DNA from: Lingula anatina
Taxonomy: Eukaryota > Animalia > Brachiopoda
Length of the DNA stretch: 64,000 bases
NCBI GenBank assembly: GCA_051362555.1
Contig: CM120642.1
Location: forward strand, 33,728,001 to 33,792,000
Direction: 5' to 3'
The position numbers were made by a program, and so were the translations under genes. Numbering within the stretch: position 1 is the first letter of the stretch; each line of letters opens with the position of its first letter. Under the pieces are notes generated by a model. That model worked only from the letters and a program-made list of their open reading frames with translations. It was not told the DNA's origin and ran no database searches. Positions 52,859 to 64,000 of the stretch are shown piece by piece.

Positions 52859-55800
52859 ACCTGCATAATTATCACTGCTTCCTTATTATTAATCTAGCAG
52901 AGAGCTTAACTTTTGGGAGTTTACAAGGAAATATCAACAAGTGTGCTTTATGTAATCTCCTTTAATGGCCTATCAATTAGGCAAATGACTTTATAACTAA
53001 GAAATTAGCTAAGTGATACCCAAGGGATATTAACAGACTGACCCTCTCAAAGGTCTTTCAGGCCCATAAGTCACATCTTAAGAAAAGCACAAAACAATAA
53101 TGCACAAAATAGGAGACTACCAATTCTGATGCAATAATACATTATGTTTTACTGCACAGTCAACATCAAATTTTAATTATGCACAACAGGTAACAACGAC
53201 GAAAGTAAAAGCATAAGGCTTCAGGCCCATCAGAGTTCAAGTTTATACTTAGAAAGTGCCAGAATGAGAAAAATGAAAATTTCACACAAAATTGCATAAA
53301 TTCAATAATGAATGATAACCCAATTGACCTGGCTTTCTAATTTGAACTGCATGCCAATCCTAATAATCATACTTGTAAGTTAAAAATAATAATAAGTAAC
53401 AGTTTTCTTTTCATAATGTTTGCAGTAGCAATGCAAAAATATTGTTGTCAATTTTGATGTAACATTACATAATAAATTATAGAATAATTATCACCAATTT
53501 TTGATTATTGACTATAAATAGCATGGACATGTAGAAAATTTGATCACCATTCGGCTTCATGTCCATGGGAGCTCTGAGTCCCACAATGAATATGCCAAAA
53601 AGATAATGAATATTTCACTCAAATGTATAACTTCCAGAAAAAGAAGCCAATTAGACTGCTTTTCCAACTCATTCTGCATTTAAGTCCTGTGTTTCTTTTT
53701 TCCCATAATGGTCATCATGGCAGCAGCACCAAAAATTGTTTTCTTCTATTTTGATGCAACATTACATAATGCTTAACAGTATAATGACCATCAATTTTCA
53801 ATAATAGAATATTAGTAACATGAACATTCAGAAAACGTGACTAGCAAAGGTCTGCAGGCTCATGGAACTTCAAAGTTAAACCTTGAAAATGCCAATATGT
53901 GAAAAATTAAATTTTCACAAAAAACTGTTTAACTGCCAGAAAAAATTACCAAACAGACTGCATTGCCTACTGAAGCTGTATTTTAGCCCTATGTTTCTTT
54001 CCTGTAAGTTTGAAAACAGTAAGTGACATGGTTTTTCTTAAATGGTCATCATGGGAGCAGTGCCCAAAATAGGGGTTTCTTCAAATTTTGATGCAATATT
54101 ACATAATGTTTAACAGCATAATGACCATCAATTTTTAATAATAAAATATTAGTATCATGGATATTCAGAAAATGTGACTAGCAAAGGTCTGCAGGCTCAT
54201 GGAACTTCAAAGTCACATCTTAAAAATGCCAAAATGTAAACAAGACAGCACTGTTCTGAAATGGGTTTATTTCCATTTTTAACATTTTTTTAACATAAAA
54301 CAAAATAAACAGTTTGTTGCCATTTTTATATGACCAACTAAGAAAATTGATGAGATGGGAAAAATATCAATAGAACAGTGTTAAATGTCCTATTTCCTCC
54401 ATTCTGAGATTCTGAACATAGTGGATGATTGAATCTGACAAACTGCAATGATATGAATTTATTTCCATTTTTGAAACTTTATTACACAATACACTATAAC
54501 AAGTTTACCATCATTTTTACATGATCAACTAACAATGTTGTAAAGATGCAGGAAATATCAAACAAACACTTTTACGTATCTTATTAGTTCAATAATGAGA
54601 CTGTTAACATGCCTAAGAATTAAATCTGAGGAAATGTGAAAAAACAACATAACTTCTAAAATAATGCCCCGATTATGCTGATTTTCGAACTCAGCCTGCG
54701 TTTTAGTAAGATTGACCATTCCTGGGAGTTTAATGACAATTGACCTATCTGTTTTTCTTATATTGTGTTTACAGTGTTGCATATATGCTGAAAAATGAAA
54801 AAACAGCACAACTACTAAAATAGTGGCCCGATCATGCCGATTTTCGAACTTGACCTGCGTTTTAATAAGATTGATTACTTCTGTGAGTTTCATGACAAAA
54901 GGTCTAATGGTACTCCTTAAAATGTGTTTACAGGGTTGCATATATGCTGAAAAGTGAAAAAACAGCATAACTTCTACAATAATGGCCCGATCTTGCTGAT
55001 TTTCGAACTTGACCTGCGTTTTATGAATATTCATCAGCTCTGTAAATATTAAGACAAAAAGTAAAACTGCCCTCCACTTATCGTGTTTACAAGGAAAGTG
55101 CACGGCGACGGCATCGCCATCGGCGACGACAGACGCAGGTGATAGCAATATGTACAGACACATCTGTGTCTGTACATAAAAAAGAAAGAAATGAAAAAAT
55201 ATTGGATTAAGTACTTGGTAGTTTATGATAACTCAATGTCTAAAAAGGAAGTTTCGGTTAAGTTTTTCATTCGTTGATGAATGCTTTGAAAATGGCAATT
55301 TAGGTTTCTCTGGTTGCCAAACTTCATTATCTTGTCAAAACTCATTTACTTCAGAAAAAAAGAAGAAAGAACCTGAATAAAGAACTTTATAATAACTCGA
55401 TGCCTAAAATGCCTGAAAATTTAGGATAAGTTTTTTATTTGATGATGCACGTTTTGTTTTAACACTTTACATGAGTTCAGGCAACAACATTTATCTCATT
55501 CTATAGGAGCCCTCCTATGCACCTACTTTGCCAGAGCTATATCTTCTAACACTTGTTGTCTTAGGGCTCCACAAGGCTCTACCAGCTCTGTTACCAGGAC
55601 ATCATACCCCTGGTCTCCTTCCTCTGGTAACCCATTTACAAACAACAGCTTGCCAGCATCTATTTGATTGGCCTCTGAGATATGACGAAGTATCATTTGA
55701 TTGGTCTCATCTTGTCCAGTTAATGTCACCTGTGCTGCCCCCTGTAGGAGAGACTGCAGACAAAGAGCAGAGAACCCTTGTGTAATGTCTAGAATGCTGA

Positions 55801-58800
55801 GACCAGTTTTCTCTTGCTGTAACTTTTGTACAGCAGAAAAATATGCTGTATTAACTTCTATGTCATTCAGCCTCCCAAGTTCATGCCTCTCTAACAACAA
55901 AGTTGATTTGGGTGAAGGGCAGCCACCAAAAGAATAGGTATCACATTTAGAGGTACTTGTACTGATTGTTTTGTCTGTATTTATGCTGGCACCATATGAG
56001 CTTATGGATGAACAACCTTGAGTTCCCGCATCAACTGTGGAATTTAATTTCTCCCCTTGAGATAAGTCCCTGACTCTCAACGAGTCTGAATTCTCATCAC
56101 AATCCCGTAGAGAATCTTCAGAGTTTTCCACAAACTGATATGCACCTTGAGAGACAGAGTTGTCTTCAAAGCCACAGAAACTATAAGAGGGCACAGGACG
56201 GAAGACATCACCAAAAGACAAAGAACTTTGTGAGCTACTGGTACAAGCACCCTGTGGTTGATTTTTTTGAGTCCTTGGTTTTTCCCTCTTAATATCAGTG
56301 CAGTATAAATGTATGAGGTCATTAGCCACACTGCAGTGGACATGTACCATCTCTCCTTCCCTGACTACCAGGTTTTCTCTTCTCTCACAGCCTGAAATGA
56401 ACAGATATATTATATTTGATTTGAATTATGGTGAAAACGAAAGTGAAAGTTACACATGAAACCACTACCAATAAAGATGTCCCCATCCTAAAGTACCCAC
56501 AGTGTGTTCATACTGCAGCTGGTAACGACAGAGTAAAACCATACTAAATGATCTACTGAATAATCATCCATCACAGCTTATGCACCATTTTCACCAACTT
56601 TAATTATTCATCTTGATGGTTTTTGTTGGAACATGTCATATCTTCCCTCAATGTTTGAAGACATGGAGAATATTTACCATGACTGTGTATGTGTTCTGGT
56701 AGGACAATACTTACCATGACTGTGTATGTGTTCTGGTAGCACAGGGAATACTTATCATGACTTTTTAGTGTTCTGGTAGCACAGGGAATACTTGCCATGA
56801 CTGTGTATGTGTTCTGGTAGGACAATACTTACCATGACTGTGTATGTGTTCTGGTAGGACAATACTTACCATGACTGTGTATGTGTTCTGGTAGGACAAT
56901 ACTTACCATGACTGTGTATGTGTTCTGGTAGGACAATACTTACCATGACTGTGTATGTGTTCTGGTAGGACAATACTTGCCAAGACTGTGTATGTGTTCT
57001 GGTAGGACAATACTTGCCATGACTGTGTATGTGTTCTGGTAGCACAGGGAATACTTACCATGACTGTGTATGTGTTCTGGTAGGACAATACTTACCATGA
57101 CTGTGTATGTGTTCTGGTAGGACAATACTTACCATGACTGTGTATGTGTTCTGGTAGAACAATACTTACCATGACTGTGTATGTGTTCTGGTGGGACAAT
57201 ACTTACCATGACTGTGTATGTGTTCTGGTAGAACAATACTTACCATGACTGTGTATGTGTTCTGGTAGGACAATACTTACCATGACTGTGTATGTGTTCT
57301 GGTAGCACAGGGAATACTTATCATGACTTTTTAGTGTTCTGGTAGCACAGGGAATACTTGCCATGACTGTGTATGTGTTCTGGTAGGACAATACTTACCA
57401 TGACTGTGTATGTGTTCTGGTAGGACAATACTTGCCATGACTGTGTATGTGTTCTGGTAGCACAGGGAATACTTACCATGACTGTGTATGTGTTCTGGTA
57501 GGACAATACTTACCATGACTGTGTATGTGTTCTGGTAGGACAATACTTACCATGACTGTGTATGTGTTCTGGTAGAACAATACTTACCATGACTGTGTAT
57601 GTGTTCTGGTGGGACAATACTTACCATGACTGTGTATGTGTTCTGGTAGAACAATACTTACCATGACTGTGTATGTGTTCTGGTAGGACAATACTTACCA
57701 TGACTGTGTATGTGTTCTGGTAGCACAGGGAATACTTATCATGACTTTTTAGTGTTCTGGTAGCACAGGGAATACTTGCCATGACTGTGTATGTGTTCTG
57801 GTAGGACAATACTTACCATGACTGTGTATGTGTTCTGGTAGGACAATACTTGCCATGACTGTGTATGTGTTCTGGTAGGACAATACTTGCCATGACTGTG
57901 TATGTGTTCTGGTAGGACAATACTTGCCATGACTGTGTATGTGTTCTGGTAGCACAGGGAATACTTACCATGACTGTGTATGTGTTCTGGTAGGACAATA
58001 CTTACCATGACTGTGTATGTGTTCTGGTAGGACAATACTTACCATGACTGTGTATGTGTTCTGGTAGGACAATACTTACCATGACTGTGTATGTGTTCTG
58101 GTAGGACAATACTTACCATGACTGTGTATGTGTTCTGGTAGGACAATACTTACCATGACTGTGTATGTGTTCTGGTAGGACAATACTTACCATGACTGTG
58201 TATGTGTTCTGGTAGGACAATACTTACCATGACTGTGTATGTGTTCTGGTAGGACAATACTTACCATGACTGTGTATGTGTTCTGGTAGGACAATACTTA
58301 CCATGACTGTGTATGTGTTCTGGTAGGACAATACTTACCATGACTGTGTATGTGTTCTGGTAGGACAATACTTACCATGACTGTGTATGTGTTCTGGTAG
58401 GACAATACTTACCATGACTGTGTATGTGTTCTGGTAGGACAGGGAAAATTGCCTGTTCCCAGCACCTGTCACTGCTAGGTGAAGTGGACAGGTGAGTATC
58501 TGGGTCAAGTTCAAGGACAAACCACATGGCTATGGCATCCAGTCTTCCAGTGGCTATCACAGGCAATTGGAGATCTCTGGATATTCCCTTGCGGTATTTA
58601 CGTATTGCCTGAAAAATGATAGAAACAGACTTGTTTTGATAGCTACATTTCAAGCATGTTCATGATGTATTTGTGGGTGTCAATGCCAAGATGTGATAAA
58701 CAGAAGATTATGTGGAATCCCCATGTGATTTACATATTGCCTGTAAAAATTATAGAAACAGACTCACTTTGAAAGGGACATTTCAAGTATGTTCATGATA

Positions 58801-61800
58801 TAACTGTTAAATGCATTTGTGGGCTTCAATGCCAAGATGTGATAAATGGATGATTTTTTTGGAAGTTCCCATATGCTTGTGTTTGTTTCAGGCTGATGTA
58901 AAGTAATGGTTGGATCCTCCCTGGCCCTTGCTGACCTCCCTCCCTGACCCTGCCTCCCCCCCTACTGTGGTACCTACCTCAGTATCATTAAAGTCAAACT
59001 GGAACACACACGTGGCATCACTGATGGCTCTGTTACCCCCTCCTGCCCCCACTGTGCTACCTACCTCAGGGTCATTGAAATCAAACTGGAACACACAGGT
59101 AGCATAACTGATGGCTCTGTAACTCTCCCCCCCCCCCCCCCCCCCTGCCCCTACTGTGATACCTACCTGAGGATCATTGAAATCAAACTGGAACACACAT
59201 GTGGCGTCACTGATGGCTCTGTAGCCTCCTCTCACATATTTCAGGTTCTCAGTGGTGTACGGCTCCTCCTCCTCCTCATCTTCCTCATCATCATCATCAT
59301 CATCATCCTCCACAGCAGTGCCATCTCTCTGCTGTCTATGTGGAACAGAAGTCTTACACACCAGGGAGACCTGGGTCAGATCAAGCTGGCAGAGACCAGG
59401 ATATAGCAACCTGAACATTGGGAACAATTCCATACATCACATGAGCTAGGCTACTTACACAAGTCACTCATGTTCAGAGAAAACCTAGAAATCACCTTGA
59501 ACACTGCAGACAATTTCACATATAATGGTGACAGATGCAACCCACCATTATGGATTGTTTAACATTGTTTTATGTAAACAAATTTATCTTTTACCAAGCC
59601 AACTGATCATATATAAGGAACAAAGCTGTGAGACACTGATACAAATAAACCAAGCCATGATTACATCTAAACCTTCACCAAAATCACATGAACCATCTCA
59701 CTTGAGTAAAATTGGGAATTTTTCAGAGAATAATAAATCAACATATTTCTGGATTTTCTCCTGAAATAAACAAATAAACACTTCAAATGCTGTCTTATAC
59801 TTAACCTGTTCTGTTTTCTAATTGCTTCACATTCTACAAGACAAGCCACTACAGTGGCGCCACTTGGAATAACCCGAGCCTGAAATACCAAAATTAAGGA
59901 AGTAATGTACAGGTAATTTAAGAACATAAACAACACCAGATGGTCCTGCCAAAGTATACATTATTATACAATGCAGCTGAATAAAATACTGACACCATTT
60001 CATTCCATAAACAAAATGTTGAATTCAATTTCAAAATGGTATTCTTTTCTGCAAAAGGGTATATTTTTAGCCCCTTTTGATGTCCCTATATGAGAAATGG
60101 CATAAAATTTTGTTTCAGAGGGGACCTTTTCTGTCCAAAAGGGCTGTTCATAGACACCCCCCCCCTACCCTTTGCCTACAGGCTTGTATACCTGGGTTTT
60201 GTCAGACAGCAACAAATGTTACCAAATTTTATTTGATCTCTAAATAAACTCTTATCTTAAAAAAATATGATGTACCCCCTAACTCTCTCTCCAACTGGGC
60301 TGGAATACCTACATACCTGGGTTTTGTCAGACAGCAACAAATGTTCCCAAGCGTGATCTAATGTGGACAGCATCCCTTCTCCAAGAAGACCTGCATCCAC
60401 AGTCTCTGTCACTATTAGGGGAACTCTGGAAAAATAATATCAGTGAGAAGGAAGGGGAACTTTCACTCTTCTTAAAACTCATTTAGTTAAACTATCTCAA
60501 TCTAAATGAATATAGGGAATAGTGTACACTCACAGGGAATAGAGGATGCATGCACACGCACAGGCACACACACACACACACACACACACACAGGATCAAT
60601 GACAGATTTATTTTATGTTTACCTTTTTGGTATATCATCAGGCACTGTTATATCTGTGGACTTAGCATGAATCAGATGAACTTTATCTTTCATCTGATTG
60701 GCTACAAGAACATCTCCTGCCAACTCGTACATGGTCTTGGACATTTCACAAGAATATACCTCTTGTGCTCCGGCTTTGGCAGCAAACATGCTGGAAAGAG
60801 AAAACTTTTCTTCTCTGATTTTTAAAAGATTAGGCTGTTTTGCAATATATCAGTAACTTGATTAATGTTTATCCAAAATTAATGGAAGAAAATAACTAAC
60901 AACTAAAAATACCATCCTAAGTTAAATTACTTAATTTAGTGACAAATGAAAAGTTCTAGATGGACAATCTTTATTCTAAAGTGAGTCACTTTCACCTCTG
61001 TGCCATTCTCTCCTCTAATGTTTTGTGAAAAATAGGAAGAAAAAAGCGAGTGTGTCTCCCCAATACTCTCATCAACTGAATTGGAAATAAGACAAGTGGC
61101 AGAAGTTGAGCAGAGAAAAAAGAAATTATGAAAGGCAAAAAAAAGGTCCTATCATTTTTGGTAAAAAATAAAATAAAATAAATAAAAATAGAATGAAAAA
61201 AAAAAAGAAAAAAATTATTTTTTCTACAACTTATTTTTCATCATACCTGAGTAATCCAGTGCCTGTCCCTATATCCAGAACTGAGGTGTATCCCTGCTTA
61301 ACAGCCGTCTCTATGGCACTCTTAAAACTCTGATTCCTCAGTGTATCATTCAGCATACGAAAGTGCCAGCGCTCCACCAAGTGACTGCAGACATTTTCAA
61401 GATTTTCTCTAGCACCTGTGATATTACACAAAATTTCAAATGTCAGTTCAATGGTGCATTTTCAAAATATATAATATTATTACAAAGACAAGAAAATTAC
61501 AATCCCGATAATGAAAACTATTGGAGGTGGATGCTTCTTATAGGCCCACAAAGTTAAAACTTCCTACTCTAATGGTCTAGGATGGGAGATGCAAAATTAC
61601 TATCACACAGATTGGCATTACCACATGATCTGATTCTCAGATTTCTGTCACAAAAGAGCAGCAATAAAATTCATTGGGATCTGCAGCCTCTTGCTAAATA
61701 AACAGATAGCATAACTAAGTATATATCAAGTAATAATACTATACCGCTTTCATAATCTTACCCAGGTAGCTTGGGTCTTGTCTCAAGGCCTTACGAAAAC

Positions 61801-63411
61801 ATGAAGCTGCCTCATCAACATAACCAAGCCTGAAAATGCCAGTGTGTGTTTTCAGTGATATAAGTCACTTCTGATGCCTGGATAGTTGTAGCAAAGTATT
61901 AATAATACAAAAAAATTCAACATATACGAATACAAACATTTATCAAAAGTAAATGGCACTGCAGAACATCTATCATTTCAAGCAAGTTGCTGAAACAGCA
62001 CATACCTAGGATAGTAACTTACGTTTCATGATCACAGATCAACACAGGAGGTAAGTTCAAATGTTGTCCAGGAAATGAAATAAAACTTATTAATCAAACA
62101 ATTTTTAATCAACTACTTTTATACTTGCTTAAATCTTCAATTACATTTTCATATAAAGTTTCCCTTAAAAATAGTATTTACAAACTTCATGCAGCAGATA
62201 ACAAAAATTAACCGACTTTATGTTGTGATCAAATGTTTTCTGTTCTATACATGTTGTTTATATCCACAGAGGGTGCTGGAGCCACATTGGAGAGCTATAT
62301 TATAGAACCATATCATAGAGCTATGACGGAGCCAGTGCTGAAGTCATTTACCCAAGGTAAAAACTATGCAGGATTGAAGCCATGCTATCAATGGCAGTAT
62401 ATATTGGATGCCAAGATTAAGGAGAGCTGAAAAAGCTGGTTACCCTGGGGAGAGGCAGGGAGCTGATTAACATGGAGAGAGCTGAGGGAGCTGGTTACCA
62501 TAGAGAGAGCTGAAGAAGCTGGTTACCATGGAGAGAGCTGAGGGAGGATGTTACCCTGGAGAGAGCTGAGGGAGCTGGTTATCCTGGAGAGAGCTGAGGG
62601 AGCTGGTTACCCTGGAGAGAGCTGAGGGAGCTGGTTACCCTGGGGAGAGCCGAGGGAGCTGATTAACATGGAGAGAGCTGAGGGGGCTGGTTACCATGGA
62701 GAGAAAGCTGAAGGGGCTGGTTACCATAGAGAGCTGAGGGAGCTGGTTACCCTGGAGAGAGCTGAGGGAGCTGGTTACCCTAGGGAGAGCTGAAAGAGCT
62801 GGTTACCCTGGGGAGAAATAAGGGAGCTGGTTACCCTGGGGACAGATGAGGGAGATGGTACGTTACCCTTGGATAATTGTTATGATGGATTTTAATGTTT
62901 CATTCAGTTCTTCAAACCATTTGTTTTTCAGTGATGTGTAACTTGTGACAGATAAGAAGCAGAAAAAAAAACTAGGGACTTTGGAATCGGTTTCCATCTT
63001 CACAATATGTTTCAGACTTGAGCATAACAGTGATTTTTTTATATTTGTGTGATCGCGGCTGAAGAATCTGAGAAGTGTTTTATCTTCGCACCTGAATAGT
63101 TGTGACCCCATATTGTTTAACATTTGTTCACATTCAGGGAAGAACTGACAAGCTTGGTCAAAACATTTGAACAAATCCTCCCAGCGGCATTTTCTTTCCA
63201 ATTCATCACTCCATTCTCTAAACGCGGTGCTAAAAGTTTCTTTTATGTCGTGTTTTTTCGCCGGCTGCAGACGACAGACGAGCAGGTAATGCGCAAATGC
63301 ACGGCCATAATTTTTCTGTTGCATACACCGTTCTGCTGCCTGGATGGATTTGCTCACGAGCCATACGTTCCTTTCTAAATCTGGACACTGCATGTGGCTA
63401 GCTATGGACAT
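50880..63411 (-). CDS. PRMT9: Protein arginine N-methyltransferase 9 (TPRs plus two methyltransferase modules, ~907 aa)
   Basis: 11 exons: 63411-63092, 61829-61762, 61415-61247, 60790-60623, 60425-60317, 59879-59806, 59410-59167, 58608-58413, 56391-55527, 51799-51643, 51233-50880; total 2724 nt in frame. N-terminal TPRs ([20 protein letters not shown]), [23 protein letters not shown], double-E loop [18 protein letters not shown], second module [10 protein letters not shown] and HWRQA. Confidence 0.93.
52494..52726. mobile_element. Short Helentron-associated (HINE)-like interspersed repeat
   Basis: Begins aactagaaaa; subterminal inverted repeat cctctgccaagg / ccttggcagag; gacagacaaaca-type tract; aaaatcggtccataactttt motif. 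Family assignment is from recalled structure only. Confidence 0.5.
52772..52855. repeat. (TA)n microsatellite
   Basis: Directly visible. Confidence 0.95.
53640..54240. repeat. Diverged ~350-bp tandem duplication in PRMT9 intron 9
   Basis: aatggtcatcatgg...ttttgatgcaa...aatgaccatcaatttt...gtgactagcaaaggtctgcaggctcatggaacttcaaagt occurs twice; weaker copies lie upstream. Confidence 0.75.
54560..55183 (+). mobile_element. Non-autonomous Helentron/HINE-like element with internal ~180-bp tandem repeats
   Basis: Three copies of ...aatggcccgatc...ttttcgaacttgacctgcgtttt; a (GAC/GGC)-like microsatellite; terminal hairpin ATGTACAGACAC-atct-GTGTCTGTACAT followed by an A-tract. Confidence 0.65.
56660..58448 (-). 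repeat. 37/41-bp minisatellite (~47 copies) made of PRMT9 exon-8 end plus 5' splice site
   Basis: On -, the unit is TCCTACCAGAACACATACACAGTCATG|GTAAGTATTG; the first copy is the real exon end (58413). There is a 418-bp higher-order repeat. Confidence 0.97.
58603..58875 (-). repeat. ~130-bp diverged duplication spanning the PRMT9 exon-8 acceptor
   Basis: tattgcctg(t)aaaaat(g/t)atagaaacagact...catttcaag.atgttcatgat...caatgccaagatgtgataaa occurs twice. Confidence 0.85.
58950..59222 (-). repeat. Triplicated PRMT9 exon-7 end plus donor
   Basis: RAIS(D/Y)[11 protein letters not shown](P/T)(Q/E)|gtaggt occurs three times; exon ends at 59167, 59065 and 58978. Confidence 0.93.
60188..60345 (-). repeat. 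Duplicated PRMT9 exon-5 end plus donor
   Basis: aacatttgttgctgtctgacaaaacccag|gtat occurs at 60317 (real) and again at 60192. Confidence 0.9.
62425..62870. repeat. 28-bp minisatellite (~15 copies) in PRMT9 intron 1
   Basis: Unit ggagctggttaccctggagagagctgag. Confidence 0.93.
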
Positions 63412-63735
63412 CTCATTAATAAAATTCCCTTCACAGAAACACGACTACACGAGACTTGCTGTTCCAACCTCTTGTAAAAACTAAAACAAGGAATTATTTT
63501 AATACTATAATTAAAAAATATACCGGTTTAAATGTATATAATAGAAAATGACAAATAATAAGGCATTGATATTATTTTGTCCATCAAACAAATGCATACT
63601 CATAGAAATAGGAGTTTGATGTTCTCTTAAATATTTATTAAAACTATAATATGGCTTTCCAGAACTGTTTCAAATCTTTGAACTAGATCAACCCGAATCA
63701 GATATGCGCACGCAGCATCATCGGCTTCCTCCAAA
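63412..63735. promoter_or_regulatory. Compact bidirectional promoter (PRMT9 / NDUFC2-like)
   Basis: Two divergent ATGs 325 bp apart; NRF1-like tgcgcacgca at ~63705. Confidence 0.55.
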
Positions 63736-63898
63736 ATGTTGCCTGACGATGAACTGGCTAGATTACCCGTAAATTTTGGCTATGACGTTGAGGAAACTGA
63801 GCAGCCACGGTTTTTTTACCCAGTTCTGTATTGGTTGCCACCATTGGTGGGTGGAATACTTGGTAACAGGCAAAAGCCAGCCCTACCGTTTGTACAAA
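63736..63898 (+). CDS. NDUFC2: First coding exon of a probable complex I subunit NDUFC2 (B14.5b)-like protein; continues beyond the window
   Basis: caaaATG...MLPDDELARLPVNFGYDVEETEQPRFFYPVLYWLPPLVGGILGNRQKPALPFVQ, then A|gtgagt. LPD..A.LP, a hydrophobic helix and N....P recall NDUFC2 (from memory, not searched). Confidence 0.5.
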
Positions 63899-64000
63899 GT
63901 GAGTAAACCTTAAGGCTTTTATTAAAATTACTTACATTACCATGTTAATATGCTAGATAGTAGCACCTTGATTTGCTAAATCTGCTGAACCTAAGAACAA

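Noticed and set aside
54558-55163. 201-aa ORF with internal repeats
   Set aside because: Translation of the 180-bp tandem units of a Helentron-like element; no transposase or Rep/helicase motifs.
56604-58520. CRISPR-like look of the 37-bp array and its many 60-98-aa ORFs
   Set aside because: Units are head-to-tail with no unique spacers, there are no cas genes, and the context is a eukaryotic intron. The ORFs are frame-cycling products of a non-triplet repeat.
59263-59310. Poly-Asp/Glu tract in PRMT9 exon 7 as a novel domain
   Set aside because: In-frame trinucleotide expansion in a probable loop, just before the conserved EPYTTE motif.
62863-63091. 3' extension of the 182-aa PRMT9 exon-1 ORF
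   Set aside because: Read-through into intron 1; the protein continues via the 63092 donor into LGYVDEAA.

Overview
AT-rich animal genomic DNA with spliceosomal introns; it looks lophotrochozoan or mollusc-like, but the species cannot be fixed from sequence alone. Exons were reconstructed by hand from splice sites and reading frame. Genes, left to right: (1) a TRIM2/TRIM3-type RING-Bbox-filamin-NHL gene (+). (2) A cluster of three paralogous secreted Sushi(CCP)/WSC modular proteins: gene A on +, genes B and C on -, with B and C carrying mucin-like tails and Ser-Gly motifs. (3) Two tandem GT92-family glycosyltransferases (-). (4) A small 139-aa MGCxxS protein that the ORF track misses (-). (5) An 11-exon PRMT9 (-). 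(6) Head-to-head with PRMT9, the first exon of a probable NDUFC2-like gene (+). There are also several non-autonomous DNA transposons (one nested), Helentron-like elements, minisatellites and a duplicated promoter. The most striking unexplained pattern is that tandem duplications repeatedly start at exon ends (splice donors, one acceptor, stop codons). PRMT9, itself a splicing regulator, has five such events, including a ~1.8-kb array of ~47 copies of its exon-8 end plus 5' splice site. No CRISPR arrays, RNA genes or intact transposases were seen.
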